Shown here: one piece after another, positions 36,627 through 48,400 of the stretch | Layout: each line of letters begins with the position of its first letter | How positions within the stretch are numbered: the stretch's first letter is position 1 | Origin: Obrimoposthia wandeli | Taxonomy: Eukaryota | Length of the DNA: 64,000 nt | Direction of reading: 5' to 3' | Assembly (NCBI GenBank): GCA_977020255.1 | Contig: CDROCS010002560.1 | Coordinates: 558,001-622,000, forward strand | Made by a program: the position numbers and the translations under genes | The notes under the pieces: generated by a model | The model's input: only the letters and a program-made list of their open reading frames with translations | The model's database searches: none | Told to the model about the DNA's origin: nothing

Positions 36627-38689
36627 TTATACTACTTATTTTATACTTAAATATTTTCATAAATTTCAAATTTGGGCTCTAACACATGGTATTATTCCTA
36701 GATACATATATAGATACCTTAAGTGCTTCAATAGTATTCAAATATTTAACAAAAGAATTCCTTCTGTACTCGTAAGACAAAAATGATCATTTAGGTTTAT
36801 TTCTGGCATACATGTTTTGGCTCATATCTTCAGATAGGAAGAATACTTCATGATCGTACAAAAATAAATGACCATACTGGTATCTTGAGCAGAAGGGAAA
36901 TAATAGCATCAACATTTGATCTTTCATGACTGAAGTAGTCAAAATCTCAAATAAGCCTTATTTCTTGTCTTTGAAGTTTATGTATGATACTGTTTGTTTA
37001 AAGATTCAATTTTTTCTGAAACTTTTGTGGTTTGTGTATATTTCGTAGAAACCTTTTAATATGTCCTTCTCTGATTTTTTAGAAAGCTCATTCAGCTGTA
37101 CTGGTAATTTCCAAATAATCACAGTTTGACTTAAACTGATTTTGAAGACATATAACTTATAAATTGTATGCTATCCTAAAATCGGATGCATTTGATATAA
37201 ATTTTATACTGTGTGAAAACGTTGGAGGTTACCCAATACGGGTTTGTTTTTCAAAAATATTCTACAATTCATGTTAATCCATTTTTTGCAGTTTCTTAGT
37301 ATGTTGAATTACAATATTTTACTAAATAAAATGTTAAATTTCTTTAAAACAAATTTTAAACAATTTACTAAAATTTACTAAAATTTAGTTTTTAATTTCT
37401 GTATTATTTTTTATTTGGATAATATAAAAAGTAAAAATAAAACGAGTAACGAATCATTCAATTTCAAATATTCAATATTTTAATTGATATAATATTATGT
37501 ATATATATGATTTTATATATATAATTTATAATTTGTTTAAATTCTTCAAATTTAAACATTTTAAATGTAAATTTTTAAAAAAAATTAGGCGTTTAAAACA
37601 TATTATTTAAAGTTTGATACATTAATTATGTTTTTAATGAATATTTAAATTCATACTAATCATATGAAATAAATTATTTTATGTTTGAAATATTAGTTTA
37701 GAGTTTCTGTTATAAAAGGTATTTTACTTTAAATTTATAAATTTTTTTTAAGCATACTAGAGTTTTTTTAATTTTTTTTTTTAAAAAATGGATGTTCTAA
37801 AACTATGGCTTTTTAACATAAATGAAATATAATTAAATGAATACCAGGAATCTAACAAACTATAGATTAAATTATAATACAAAAAAAAATAAAAAATACA
37901 GTAATCGTCGGAATGAAAAGGGGATTCTCAACTAATGACAAGATTTTATTGTGCTGTCAGCTCTTTGTAAATGTGATAAAATTTATAATTAAATTTTAAT
38001 AAATTTATTTCATTTAATATTACACTAAAATATATCAAATCTTTAGAAATAAAACTTGTTACTTCAACAGTATTCATATTGTTTCCAAATGCACAATACT
38101 TTTTTTGGTCAAGAACTCTTGATGTAGATTCACTCCTTCAAAGCATATATGGACCCCAATTATTTAAATAACAACTACCATTTTTAATATAGTAATAATT
38201 ATTTTGAATTCTTTTAGTAACAGTCAAATTTTTGTGATCTTTGAGTTTTATTTTTATTTATAAATTCTTAAATGCGAAGTGTGATGACTACTTCTATGTA
38301 TGAGATTGTTTTCAATCAAAAATATATTTCTTTACTTGGTTTTCATAAACTTATATTTTTTCTTTATGTATATATTGGGGTGTTGGGTTTTAACAAAAAT
38401 ATTTTCATATTCGGCAGATATAAATGAAAACTGAATTATTTTTTAAAACAAAAATTCATATTAAAACGTAAATTAGTAAATTAATAGTTATGATAAAGGC
38501 AAATAATAATCACCAAATCAATCTATAACTCAACAACTGAGGCACCCATCAAGTAAAAAATATATCTTAATGAATTTAACAATTCAATTAACATTTAGAA
38601 TGAATAAACTAAAGTTCACTTTTAAATTAGTGTTACATTTGATAATTGTTATATTTTTAATGGATTATTATTTTCAACTAATTCATTTG

Positions 38690-38930
38690 TAAACATTTCT
38701 GTCTTCAGTAATAACAGCAACAATAATAATCAAAAATAGCAATAAAAATAATGATCAGTAAAAATTCTGTTTTAATCAATAAATGAAATAATAATTTCTG
38801 TTTTCAATAATAACAGTAATAAATATGGTCAGCAATAATTTTTGTTTTCCGTAATAACAGTAATAATTATGGTAAGCAATAATTTCTGAATTCTGTAATA
38901 ACAGTAATAAATATGGTCAGCAATAATTAT
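38690..38930. repeat. Degenerate AATAACAGTAATAAATATGGTCAGC-like tandem repeat
   Basis: Several imperfect copies read directly. Confidence 0.6.
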
Positions 38931-40564
38931 TCTTTTTGTTGCAATTTACGAATTGGTTTTAGAAATTATATCAAATCTCTCTATACTAAAAAAATTTATA
39001 TTTTTATTTCAGTCGTAAGTGACATTATATAAATTTGCAGACACACATACTTAAACACACATATGGACGCACTATACAGATAGAGGCAGTAAAATAACAT
39101 ATGTGTGTTTGTGGTGCACTTAAAATTGCACTGTAAATAAAATCGATAATGGATGCAATAATTCCTTTTGTGTTATCTCCTTCATCGCGGGCAATTTTTC
39201 CATCGCGAAGCAAAAGATAAAATCTGGTCATCGCTGTCTTAAAAAATCGCTTTTCGACTGTGGGCACTTTGATAAATTAATTTAAATCTTCAATTGGCAT
39301 ATTTCAATTGCCAACATTAGTAAATATAGTTAGTTTAATGTTTACTTTAAAAAATTAAAATAATTACTACTCACTGTTAGTTTCTAAAAAATTCAAAGTT
39401 TATCAACAAAATAAAACACTTGTAGATCAGCTTTTGTGTAGAAACTGCTGTACATGTATACATTTTCTTATTTTGTTAGAATCACGAAACTGTTATTAGA
39501 GTAACGGCAAATACTATTCCACAAATAGCGGTTTCCTAACATTGCTTCGATAAGATCAATGTAGTAAGTTTGAATTTTGATGAGATATCATGGGATTTTG
39601 TAAAAAAATCAGATCATAGTTGAGATGAACACAAAATTACTTAGAATCAATTATTGGTTTAATGTATCTGATGATATACTGTCGGAGAAAACTATGGTTT
39701 TCCAGTTTGTGAAATTGATGTAAGGTTAACTGGTTCTTCAAATCAAGTGTAGCTTATTTCCTTTTTCATGAGCTGTCAATGAAAATAAAATTCCACATGG
39801 CTCAATTGTCAACTTTCTCTTTGCCAAATGCCTCCATTTCTTTGATTTTCTTAAACTGTTTTTTTTGTAATATTATGAAATCTTTATCCTCTTATATGAC
39901 TTGCCTTCAAAATTGGTTTTCATAGAATTTGTTTTTTAAAATATCTATTTACTGCTTTACTTGTTTCTATAGAATGTTTCTCTTAAAAATTATTCGACAA
40001 TGAAATTTAACTAAATATATTGAAACCCGGTGAATAAACCCCACCAATTTTAACCAAAATTCGTGTCAAAATTTTGGCTTTCTTTAAACTTATTTAAAAT
40101 ATGAAACCTGAAGATTATATTTTAGTGGGGTTTAACAGTTTGTAAAGCAGAAATATTTATTTACGAAAATCAATGTTTTGAGATATTTTTGTTATGATTT
40201 ATTATTTTTCAACATGGTAAATATTAATCAATTTTATTGATTAATTTTGACATCTTTGATTTTCATCAAATTCGTTTAATAACTATATTTTCTGAAGTTT
40301 ATACAAAATTATAAATGTGTTATCTCTGAATGGTTTTATTATATTCTCCAAATTAAATATTTATTTTTGTAAGCATAAAATTTTCCAATTCATATATTTG
40401 TAAGCATAAAAATTTTCAATTCATATATTTGTAAGCATAAAAGTTTTCAATTCATATATGTTGGGTCTTTAATTAAAATTAATTAAAATAAATTAGTCAA
40501 TTTAAATTGACATTCTTTAAAATTATCTAAAGTGCCCACAATTAGGGAGGTTTATCAAATCTCA

Positions 40565-40616
40565 GCCTCCGACGGGTTGTTAGCCCGTTTCGCCTTGCCA
40601 GGCTCATCAGGAAGGC
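40565..40616 (-). ncRNA. Type I hammerhead ribozyme (copy B)
   Basis: Minus strand GCCUUC-CUGAUGA-GCCU(GGCA)AGGC-GAAAC-GGG(CUAACAA)CCC-GUC-GGAGGC; stem II carries a compensatory C-G to U-A change relative to copy A. Confidence 0.92.
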
Positions 40617-40874
40617 GGCGAAAAAAGCGGTTGATAAAAGGGATTCTTATCATAAAAATATTACCGCCCAGTAGCAGCGACCTATTCCCTTCATGATCAT
40701 CCGGAGAGGCAACAACCTTCTATCATCCTCTCGGCAACATTCAATCATCCCATAATCCCTACTAATCTCCCCGCCGGCCAGGCGCTACCTGCCGTGGACT
40801 TTCAGCCAGCAGTGCAGACAGCGACTACATCTCGATGCAATTTCCCTCTGGCTGAAAACCAACAACGTGACAGC

Positions 40875-41305
40875 GAATTGCGGGAACAAATGTCACCCAG
40901 AAACAGCCTCATCCACGTGTACCCAGAGCACAGTTTGAAAGAAGCGGCTGACATCATACAAAGCCACAATATCCACAGATTGCCGGTCCTCGACCCCAAT
41001 AACGGCAATGTTCTCAATACTGTCACTAACTACCAGATATTCCATTTTTTCTACAGGAAAATTATGGTGCAGGGCAAATTTTGGAAATAACAAATGGACG
41101 CAAATGAGAGAGAGAATATGTAAAAATGTGTTGTTTATTTTACAATTATCAGAAGCCAGCGTGTTTCACCAATCCGAGGTTCATGCATGAGACCCCCTTC
41201 ACTCTTGGCCTCGGCTGCTATGACGACCGAATCGCCACTGTACGTCCGGCCCAGACGGTGTTCGAGGCTCTGACTATTTTCAGCAACACACACACTTTCC
41301 CTCTG
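40875..41305 (+). pseudogene. PRKAG: Captured AMPK gamma-subunit (CBS-domain) fragment: two exon pieces and an 86-nt intron
   Basis: LIHVYPEHSLKEAADIIQSHNIHRLPVLDPNNGNVLNTVTNYQIFHFF, then intron GT 41067..AG 41152 (phase 0), then KPACF..LGLGCYDDRIATVRPAQTVFEALTIF. Collinear with AMPK-gamma IHRLPVIDP..GN..KPEF..IGTY..IA.V..V..AL.IF. Confidence 0.8.
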
Positions 41306-42135
41306 TGAATTTATAGATCAGTCTGCTGATCCTATACAGACAACTCCAATTTAATTTTATCGTAAAACATTTCGATTGGTCGATATTACCAGATAAAAAT
41401 ACATGTGTCTATGTCCCTATATTGGCATGCCCTCGCCTGTCCCTCTCACCAATGTCACTGCACACCCCTGCCTTCTCCTTCAGTCAATCTGACATTTGGG
41501 CGATTGCTATTTATAGCAATCGTCGTGTGGATTTAGATCAATCAATTCTCATTTTTACAAATTTGTCATTTCAGTTTTCATTAACACAATTATTATTGCC
41601 AAGAATTTGAAATTTATATACAATTTGACTTGAAATTTTGATTATATTTTATGCCCACGAAGTTGAAATTTATATCCAATTACAAATTATAACATTCAGT
41701 TTTCATTAACACAAAAAATATATATCAATTAGAAAACGATTCAATTGGAATTTATCGGGATAACAATTTAAACATTTAAAGAGTTTTAATTATCAAAGAG
41801 AAGAAAAACGATTCAATTGGAATTTATCTGGATAACAATTAAATATTATTGGAAAATTTATTGATCAGTCATTACTAATATAACCTTCGGATCAGTCTTT
41901 TCAATTATAACATATATTTGTAAGCATAAAAGTTTTCAATTCATATATTTGTAAGCATAAAAGTTTTCAATTCATATATTTGTAAGCATAAAAGTTTTCA
42001 ATTCATATATTTGTAAGCATAAAAGTTTTCAATTCATATATTTGTAAGCATAAAAGTTTTCAATTCATATATTTGTAAGCATAAAAGTTTTCAATTCATA
42101 TATTTGTAAGCATAAAAGTTTTCAATTCATATATT

Positions 42136-43124
42136 TGTAATGATGAAAATTTTTGTAATACTGAATATTTAATGATCATTCTGAACGACGATTGCCATAA
42201 ATAGCAATCGTCCAAATGTCACGCCAGTCGGGATCAGCCACTGGTCATGGAGGGAGGCGCTGTGGCACTGTGCGAATGGAACGACGATTTCCATTGCCCA
42301 AATGTTAAACGACTATTTTAAGACGGCAGCTGCAGATTGTGATAGTAGTGGCTGTTTGGGTGACGAGGTCAGGGTTGGCAACAGTGAAAGCAACAACCGT
42401 TTGATAATAACTCTCTGTCTCTGACTTTTTATTATCATTTGAACACATTCACCTAGCAGTGTGCATCCCAAATATCCAACCGCTGCACACACACTGGACA
42501 AATCTGGGCAGAGAGGAGAAGTACCGATATTTCCCGGCTCTGCACACACTCACATGTGCAGCCGGGAAAATCTACCGCCTGTCGAACTCTGGGCAGGCGG
42601 AAAAATTTTAATTAAAACATACACACACATGTGCACAATATATAAGTAAGTGAGTGAGTAGGGAGAGTGAGTGAACAAGGGATTGAGTGAGCGATTGAGT
42701 GAGTAGTGAGAGTGAGTGAGTGAGTTGAGTGATGTGTTAATGTTGAGTGAGTGTGTGTGTGTGTGAATGGTGCACTTGCGCACACTAACACCACATGTCG
42801 ACGATATTCGTCGGCACATGAAAGGGGGAATCTTTCCCTCTTTTTTATTATTGTTATCTCTGGCTTCGCGGAATCCACCGCGAAGTTAGAGATAACAAGC
42901 CATCTCCCTGATGAGCCCGGCAGGGCGAAACGGGCTTTTTTCTCGTCGGAGATTGAATATACAAAATGCCAAAGTGTACAATTTAAAATCGGAACTTTTC
43001 CCTAATTAAGGAAAGTTCCCAATTAATTTTTAATTAATTAATTCCCTTTTTCCTTTTATTTCTTTAAAAATTTTATATTTTTATTTTTCTTTTTTAAACA
43101 AATAGTTAATATATTTTCCCAACA
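42136..43124 (+). mobile_element. LTR-like unit C (inverted relative to A and B) carrying a hammerhead ribozyme
   Basis: Ends are TGTAATG...TTCCCAACA (reverse complement begins TGTTGGG, as in A and B). It shares the 26-bp palindrome (~42187-42212). Flanks are TATT and TATG (3/4 TSD match). Confidence 0.75.
42902..42953 (+). ncRNA. Type I hammerhead ribozyme (copy C)
   Basis: AUCUCC-CUGAUGA-GCCC(GGCA)GGGC-GAAAC-GGG(CUUUUUU)CUC-GUC-GGAGAU; stem I differs in sequence from A and B but still pairs. Confidence 0.9.
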
Positions 43125-44911
43125 TATGGATATAAAGATTAATTAAGCGCTAAACTTAAGTAGTTCTTATTTAATATTATTAATGTAAACAATATTATAA
43201 ATTTATATTTAAATGGTTTACGTTATTAAGCTTTTAAAATTTCTGAATATTTATTTATTATTGAAAGGATTTTCAGGTTCATTTATTAATTTAAATAATT
43301 TTCAACGAATAAAAATTTGAAAATTATTTCAATGTAAATTATATATTTTTGACTTTCCAAAACGAAGTTTCAGAAGTTTTTCGTTAAATTTTTAATAATG
43401 TCAAATGTTTTTAAAAATTTATTTATATCGAAATCAAAATTTAATTTTTAAATGCTAAATCTTATTTGCATAATTGTATAAAAAATTGTCTTATTTGGAG
43501 TGCAAAACTAGACATTAAAGTTCCTAACTAAGGGCCAACATACTAGTATAGTAGTGGTTTGTATATTGTGATATACATATAAAATATGATATATACTTTT
43601 TAATCACATGTGTGACATTGATCCTGTTTATAAGGAAGATAAAACTATCTATATAGTCTTCAGTTTTACCGGATTTAATTATTTGAAAATAATAAATTAC
43701 TCAAAACTAATCTTCTAGATCAATTAATGAATAACTGGGATATTTGAATTAATAATTTAAGGGGAACGATAGCATTGATAGTAATAGTATAACTTTCTGA
43801 AACTTTTAAATGGTTAATTACTTCATAAATAATAAAAGAATTTCTGCATCTATCACGCCATTTCAATAATGATAAGTAACATCTTAGTTGACTGTACAAT
43901 TTTAATTCAAATTTGGACTTTACAGTGTAAATAATAAAAATTTTCAAACTTTTATTATTTTAATGTTACTATTGTCTGAGGTAAAAGCATAAGCTTCAGA
44001 ACTAATTAAATATGTTATAATATTTTTTTAAACTTACATTTTAAAATACTTTACTTGCTGGAATAATATAAAAACTTACTCAATACTTTACAAAATTGTT
44101 GAGAAATAAATGTTATAGGCTTTTGCAACAATTATATTTTGTTGTTTGAAGTTTTTCTTGTTTTATAATGTGATCTCTTAAAATAACGATAAAAAAAGTT
44201 CGAGAGAAGATAATACTATTTTCATTGTGTAATAAATTGAACTTTCATCAAATTTAAGATATTCTTTACTAAAGTTGTATATGTTTGATGAGTTTTACAG
44301 AATAATTTTTAATATTAAAAGAAATTATTTCCAATATTTATTTTAGAAATAAAACTTAACCGGATGATTACGTTTATGAGTTAAAACTTATTAAATTGAT
44401 TCTTTAAAAGAATAATTATCTTTCTTATAAAACAATTAATGTTTAATTTTAATATACAAATCAAAAACGAGTATTTTATAAATTTAAAAAATCGTCCTTA
44501 AATATTATTGAAAGGTATTCGGCAAACTAATGAATGAATTACAATTTAAAAAATGTTTTAAATTTATTTAACAATATTGTTATTATTTTTAAAAGGGATA
44601 TTTTAGTTGTTGTTATTAAAAATAGTTTTCTAATATAAAAAATCAGTAAAATATATTCCAAAATATTCCATTTAAATTAAAATTTAATCATTTCTATATC
44701 TATTTGTCATGTGATCAGATTAGTTCAATACAAATTTAAATAACGCGGGAAAATAATCTAAATAAAAAAAGAATTAGTTTACTCACTGAACCTTAGTAAC
44801 TTTTTTGATCAACACTTAGTTTTAGATATAAAATTTATTATTATGCAATCTAGTTTTTAATATTATAAATTGTGACAAATAAAACTGTATACATTTTAAT
44901 TTTTTTGACAT

Positions 44912-45475
44912 ATGTCCATATCAATAGAAACCTTGCAGGAAGAAGTTGCATATTTAAAAAGTGAATTAGATCATGTAAATGAATTGAAAAATGAATCAGC
45001 CACATATGGACTTAGTTTATTAGAAGATAATGAAATTCTTCGAAAGAAATTGTACCAAAATGAGCAATCTTTAGGTGATCTGAAATATGAAAATGAAGTT
45101 TATAAGAAAGAAGTGGAAGATAAAAGTAAACTTTTGAGAAAAGCAAGTGTGGTAGGCATTGAAGAAGAAGACGAGATAATGATTCATTCTTCGAATATGG
45201 AAAATCAGCTACGAGACCGAATTAGAGATCTGGAAATAGAATTACGGACAGTGAAAGGAAATTACCAGAGACAAATGGACGACAATGATAAATTTGCCCA
45301 GCAACTTTTGGAAAAAGAGACTCAGTTAACTGAGTACGATAAACAGCGCAGAGAATTGCGAAATGAGATAAAGAATTTGAAAAATAAAGAGACTCAAATG
45401 ATATCAGACAACAGTGATTTGGCAGAAGAAAATTTATTTCTTCAGAAGCAAGTTTTACAGCTGAGAAAAACTCAG
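44912..45475 (+). CDS. BicD: BicD exon 1
   Basis: N-terminal coiled coil; donor CAG|GTAAGT at 45476. Confidence 0.9.
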
Positions 45476-48400
45476 GTAAGTAATTCTGACAGGTATTTTT
45501 TATTTTTAAATTTCGAATTTTATAGTTTACAGTATTGTAGAACTTTCTTTTCTGACACATTTTCACAAAATGAACAGTTTATACTTTAATATAAAAAAAC
45601 TTTAAATGTCTATTTTTTTAAAACAAATTATAAATCTTTGATTTTAAACATTTTTTCCTTAAGGTGGAGTTTGAAAGTATCAAGCACGAGCTGAAGAACT
45701 GTAATGAAGAGAACGAAATTTTGCACGGTCAGTTGGAAGAAATCAACCGTTTACTGCAAATCAACGGGAAATCGCTGGAGAATGCTCTGGAGTCTTTACA
45801 GCTGGAGCGCGAACAGAAACACGCTATCAAGAAGGAGCTCGATCACCGGATTAACTCGGAGTCAATATATCAGCTCAATAGTTTGCACAATGACATCCGC
45901 ATGGCAGCTCAGGGCAACGTTTTGGGTCTACAACATAACGATTCTGTAGAGATGGGTAAGTCTATTGTGTATATTCATGTTTAACATCATCTATTTATGC
46001 AATGTCATCTGAGATATTTGATATGAACTCCATTTTGAATGGTTTTCATTTTGTTCGATACTATTACAAACAAATTTTTATGTTGATAAGTAAGATGCAT
46101 GATATAGTTTAGTTTGAAGACATATCGCACCGAAAATCATAGCAATAAAAGACTTGACTTTTTGATTTTCAATTCCTGGAAATTTAAATTTTGAATTTTC
46201 ATAAGATAGAAAATTGCAAAATAAATACACAATAACTTTTTAAAACAGAAAAGTAGCGGTTTTCATTTGATAATATACAAAAGTTTTTTGTTTATATATA
46301 ATTATGGTTTTAACATAATTACGTTATTATTATTATAAATATTTCCATAAATAATACTTTAATCTTCTTTTCTTATTTTCCTTCTATTGACTACTAATTG
46401 TATTTCGCGATTTACTAGAAATTGGAGTTGTGGCAGTTATTTTGAATCACCTTGTATATAGTGCAAAGCAAAGTCTATTTCACTAAAGAAGTTCAAATTG
46501 TTGGAAAACAGTCATAAAAAAGTAAATCGAAAGATGAACAGACATAAATTATTAACATTGAAAATGATTGTAAATTCAAATCCATTTTATCACATCCGGA
46601 GACATTGAAAAGGAAATACAAATAATTGTGATTGGATGTTTTTATATAACATAATACATGGTCTATACGATAAACTATATACTACAAATGTATATTGACT
46701 TGTTTTTAAATATAAAATATTCTATAACTAATTTTTTTATAATCTTTTCTTACTAAACATTTATGAGTAAAACTTGAACGCTGGTTAAATTTACTATTTA
46801 CTACCGTATATACTCACGTGTAAGCCTTATTATAAGCGTATTAACCTTAAATTGGAACTGCTAAAACAGAGTGTTGGCTTATACTTGCATACACAAAATA
46901 TACACCTCGTTCATTGATCAATAAACTAGCAAATAAATAAATCAAACATAGAGAAATACTAATATTGACAAATAATGGTGGGGGCTTATATGCGGGTACA
47001 TACGATAATAGCGTAGAAATAGTGTTTAGTAATTGTTTTTTTGTTTAATTACAAATTACAAAACACGCTATAATAATTATTATCTGTTTATTTTACTACA
47101 GTATAACACCGTTATATAGAATTTCAAAGAAGCTCAAAAAGTGACAAGAAGTTGACCTTTCAATTGTAATTTCCAAATTATTTAAACAAGAAAACAATGG
47201 TTGAAGTTTGTTAAATTAACCAGTAAAGTTTTAATTGCGCCTTTCGAGGTTCGAGGATTTGGGAAATTAGTTACTCAGACATGCATTTGTCCATTACCCC
47301 TTGATTCCGAGTTCTCAATTTGTAAAACTTCGTTCAGATAATTGGTACCATTCTGATCTTGAGTTAAGAAATGTAAGTTTAAAATAGTAAATGCAAAATA
47401 GTTCGCCACTAAGTCAAAGCTATTTGTATTACGCTTTTTATTAAAATATCATACTATACCACATGCTTCAATTCGAACTTGGGAGAAATGTGAAGTATGA
47501 AGTCCTTCCACATCCTCCATACTCACCGGACTGGGCTCCCACCGATCTTTTAAAATCTTTTCAAGCCTTTATTGTCATTTATGGATGGAAATAAATTTAA
47601 TAATATAGAGAGTCGAACGTATGCAACTTCTTCGAGTCTAGAAATCAAGATTTTTTCAAACAGGTATATAACTCTACAGTTTTTTTAAAGTTACCTAATA
47701 TCTTGTCTGTTTTACTAGCTGTATCGGTGAGATTAAATCCCAAATCTTTACCTTTAACACTTTGTTTAATTTCTTTCCATGTGCGATAAGTATATATGTT
47801 AATAACCGTTATAACACGACTATATATTATTGAAACAATTATATAATACGACTTACAATTTTCTAAGGTCACTGCTATATGTATCTATTCATTTCAGGGA
47901 AATCGAATATTTAATTTCAAAGATCTGTATCGATTTATGATTCTCACGCTTGATGGTTTTATATTTAGACAGAGACGATGCAATGGTAAATAGTAACTTT
48001 TGCACTTTTCAATGTGACATTCTAAGTACAATGGTCTGAGAAGGCCGTGTACTAACATCTTAGAAACTCTTTCAGAATTGTGACATAAGAGGGTGGGTAC
48101 TTGTTCTTGAGTTTTGCGAATAAACACTGTCTATAATTAGCACAAGGAACCGTTCCATATTCAAAATATATTAACTAGATTTATTATGGATTAGTTTTTG
48201 CAGTCGAACTTATCACTACAACAAAATTCTTTTCTCAAAAAATCAAATTGTTAAATTGCAACTTTAGAACAGGGAATTTTAAGTGAATAAATAAAAATCT
48301 CGTGTGGACAGGCGCCAAGAAAAGCAATGTCAAAACGGTTTTGACAAATTTGTAAGCAAAGAAAATTTAATTTTTTAAGGAAAGATTTTAGTTAAACTAG

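Larger units (their letters stand above)
40459..41912 (-). mobile_element. LTR-like unit B carrying a hammerhead ribozyme and an AMPK-gamma fragment; 4-bp TSD TATA
   Basis: Ends are TGTTGGGTC...TTATAACA, with TATA at 40455-40458 and 41913-41916. The first ~160 bp are near-identical to unit A. Confidence 0.88.
40365..42140. repeat. 32-bp satellite TCAATTCATATATTTGTAAGCATAAAAGTTTT, split by LTR-like unit B (copies at ~40365-40458 and 41913-42140)
   Basis: Removing 40459-41916 restores a perfect unit ..TTCA-TATA-TTTGTAAGC.. Confidence 0.9.

Noticed and set aside
36660-37330. Coding-like minus-strand stretch
   Set aside because: It has multiple stops and no recognisable motif.
39025-39267. 80-aa ORF, and AAAGTGCCCACA shared with the cassette ends
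   Set aside because: No family motif and no splice support; the 12-bp match is not accompanied by the ribozyme or terminus.
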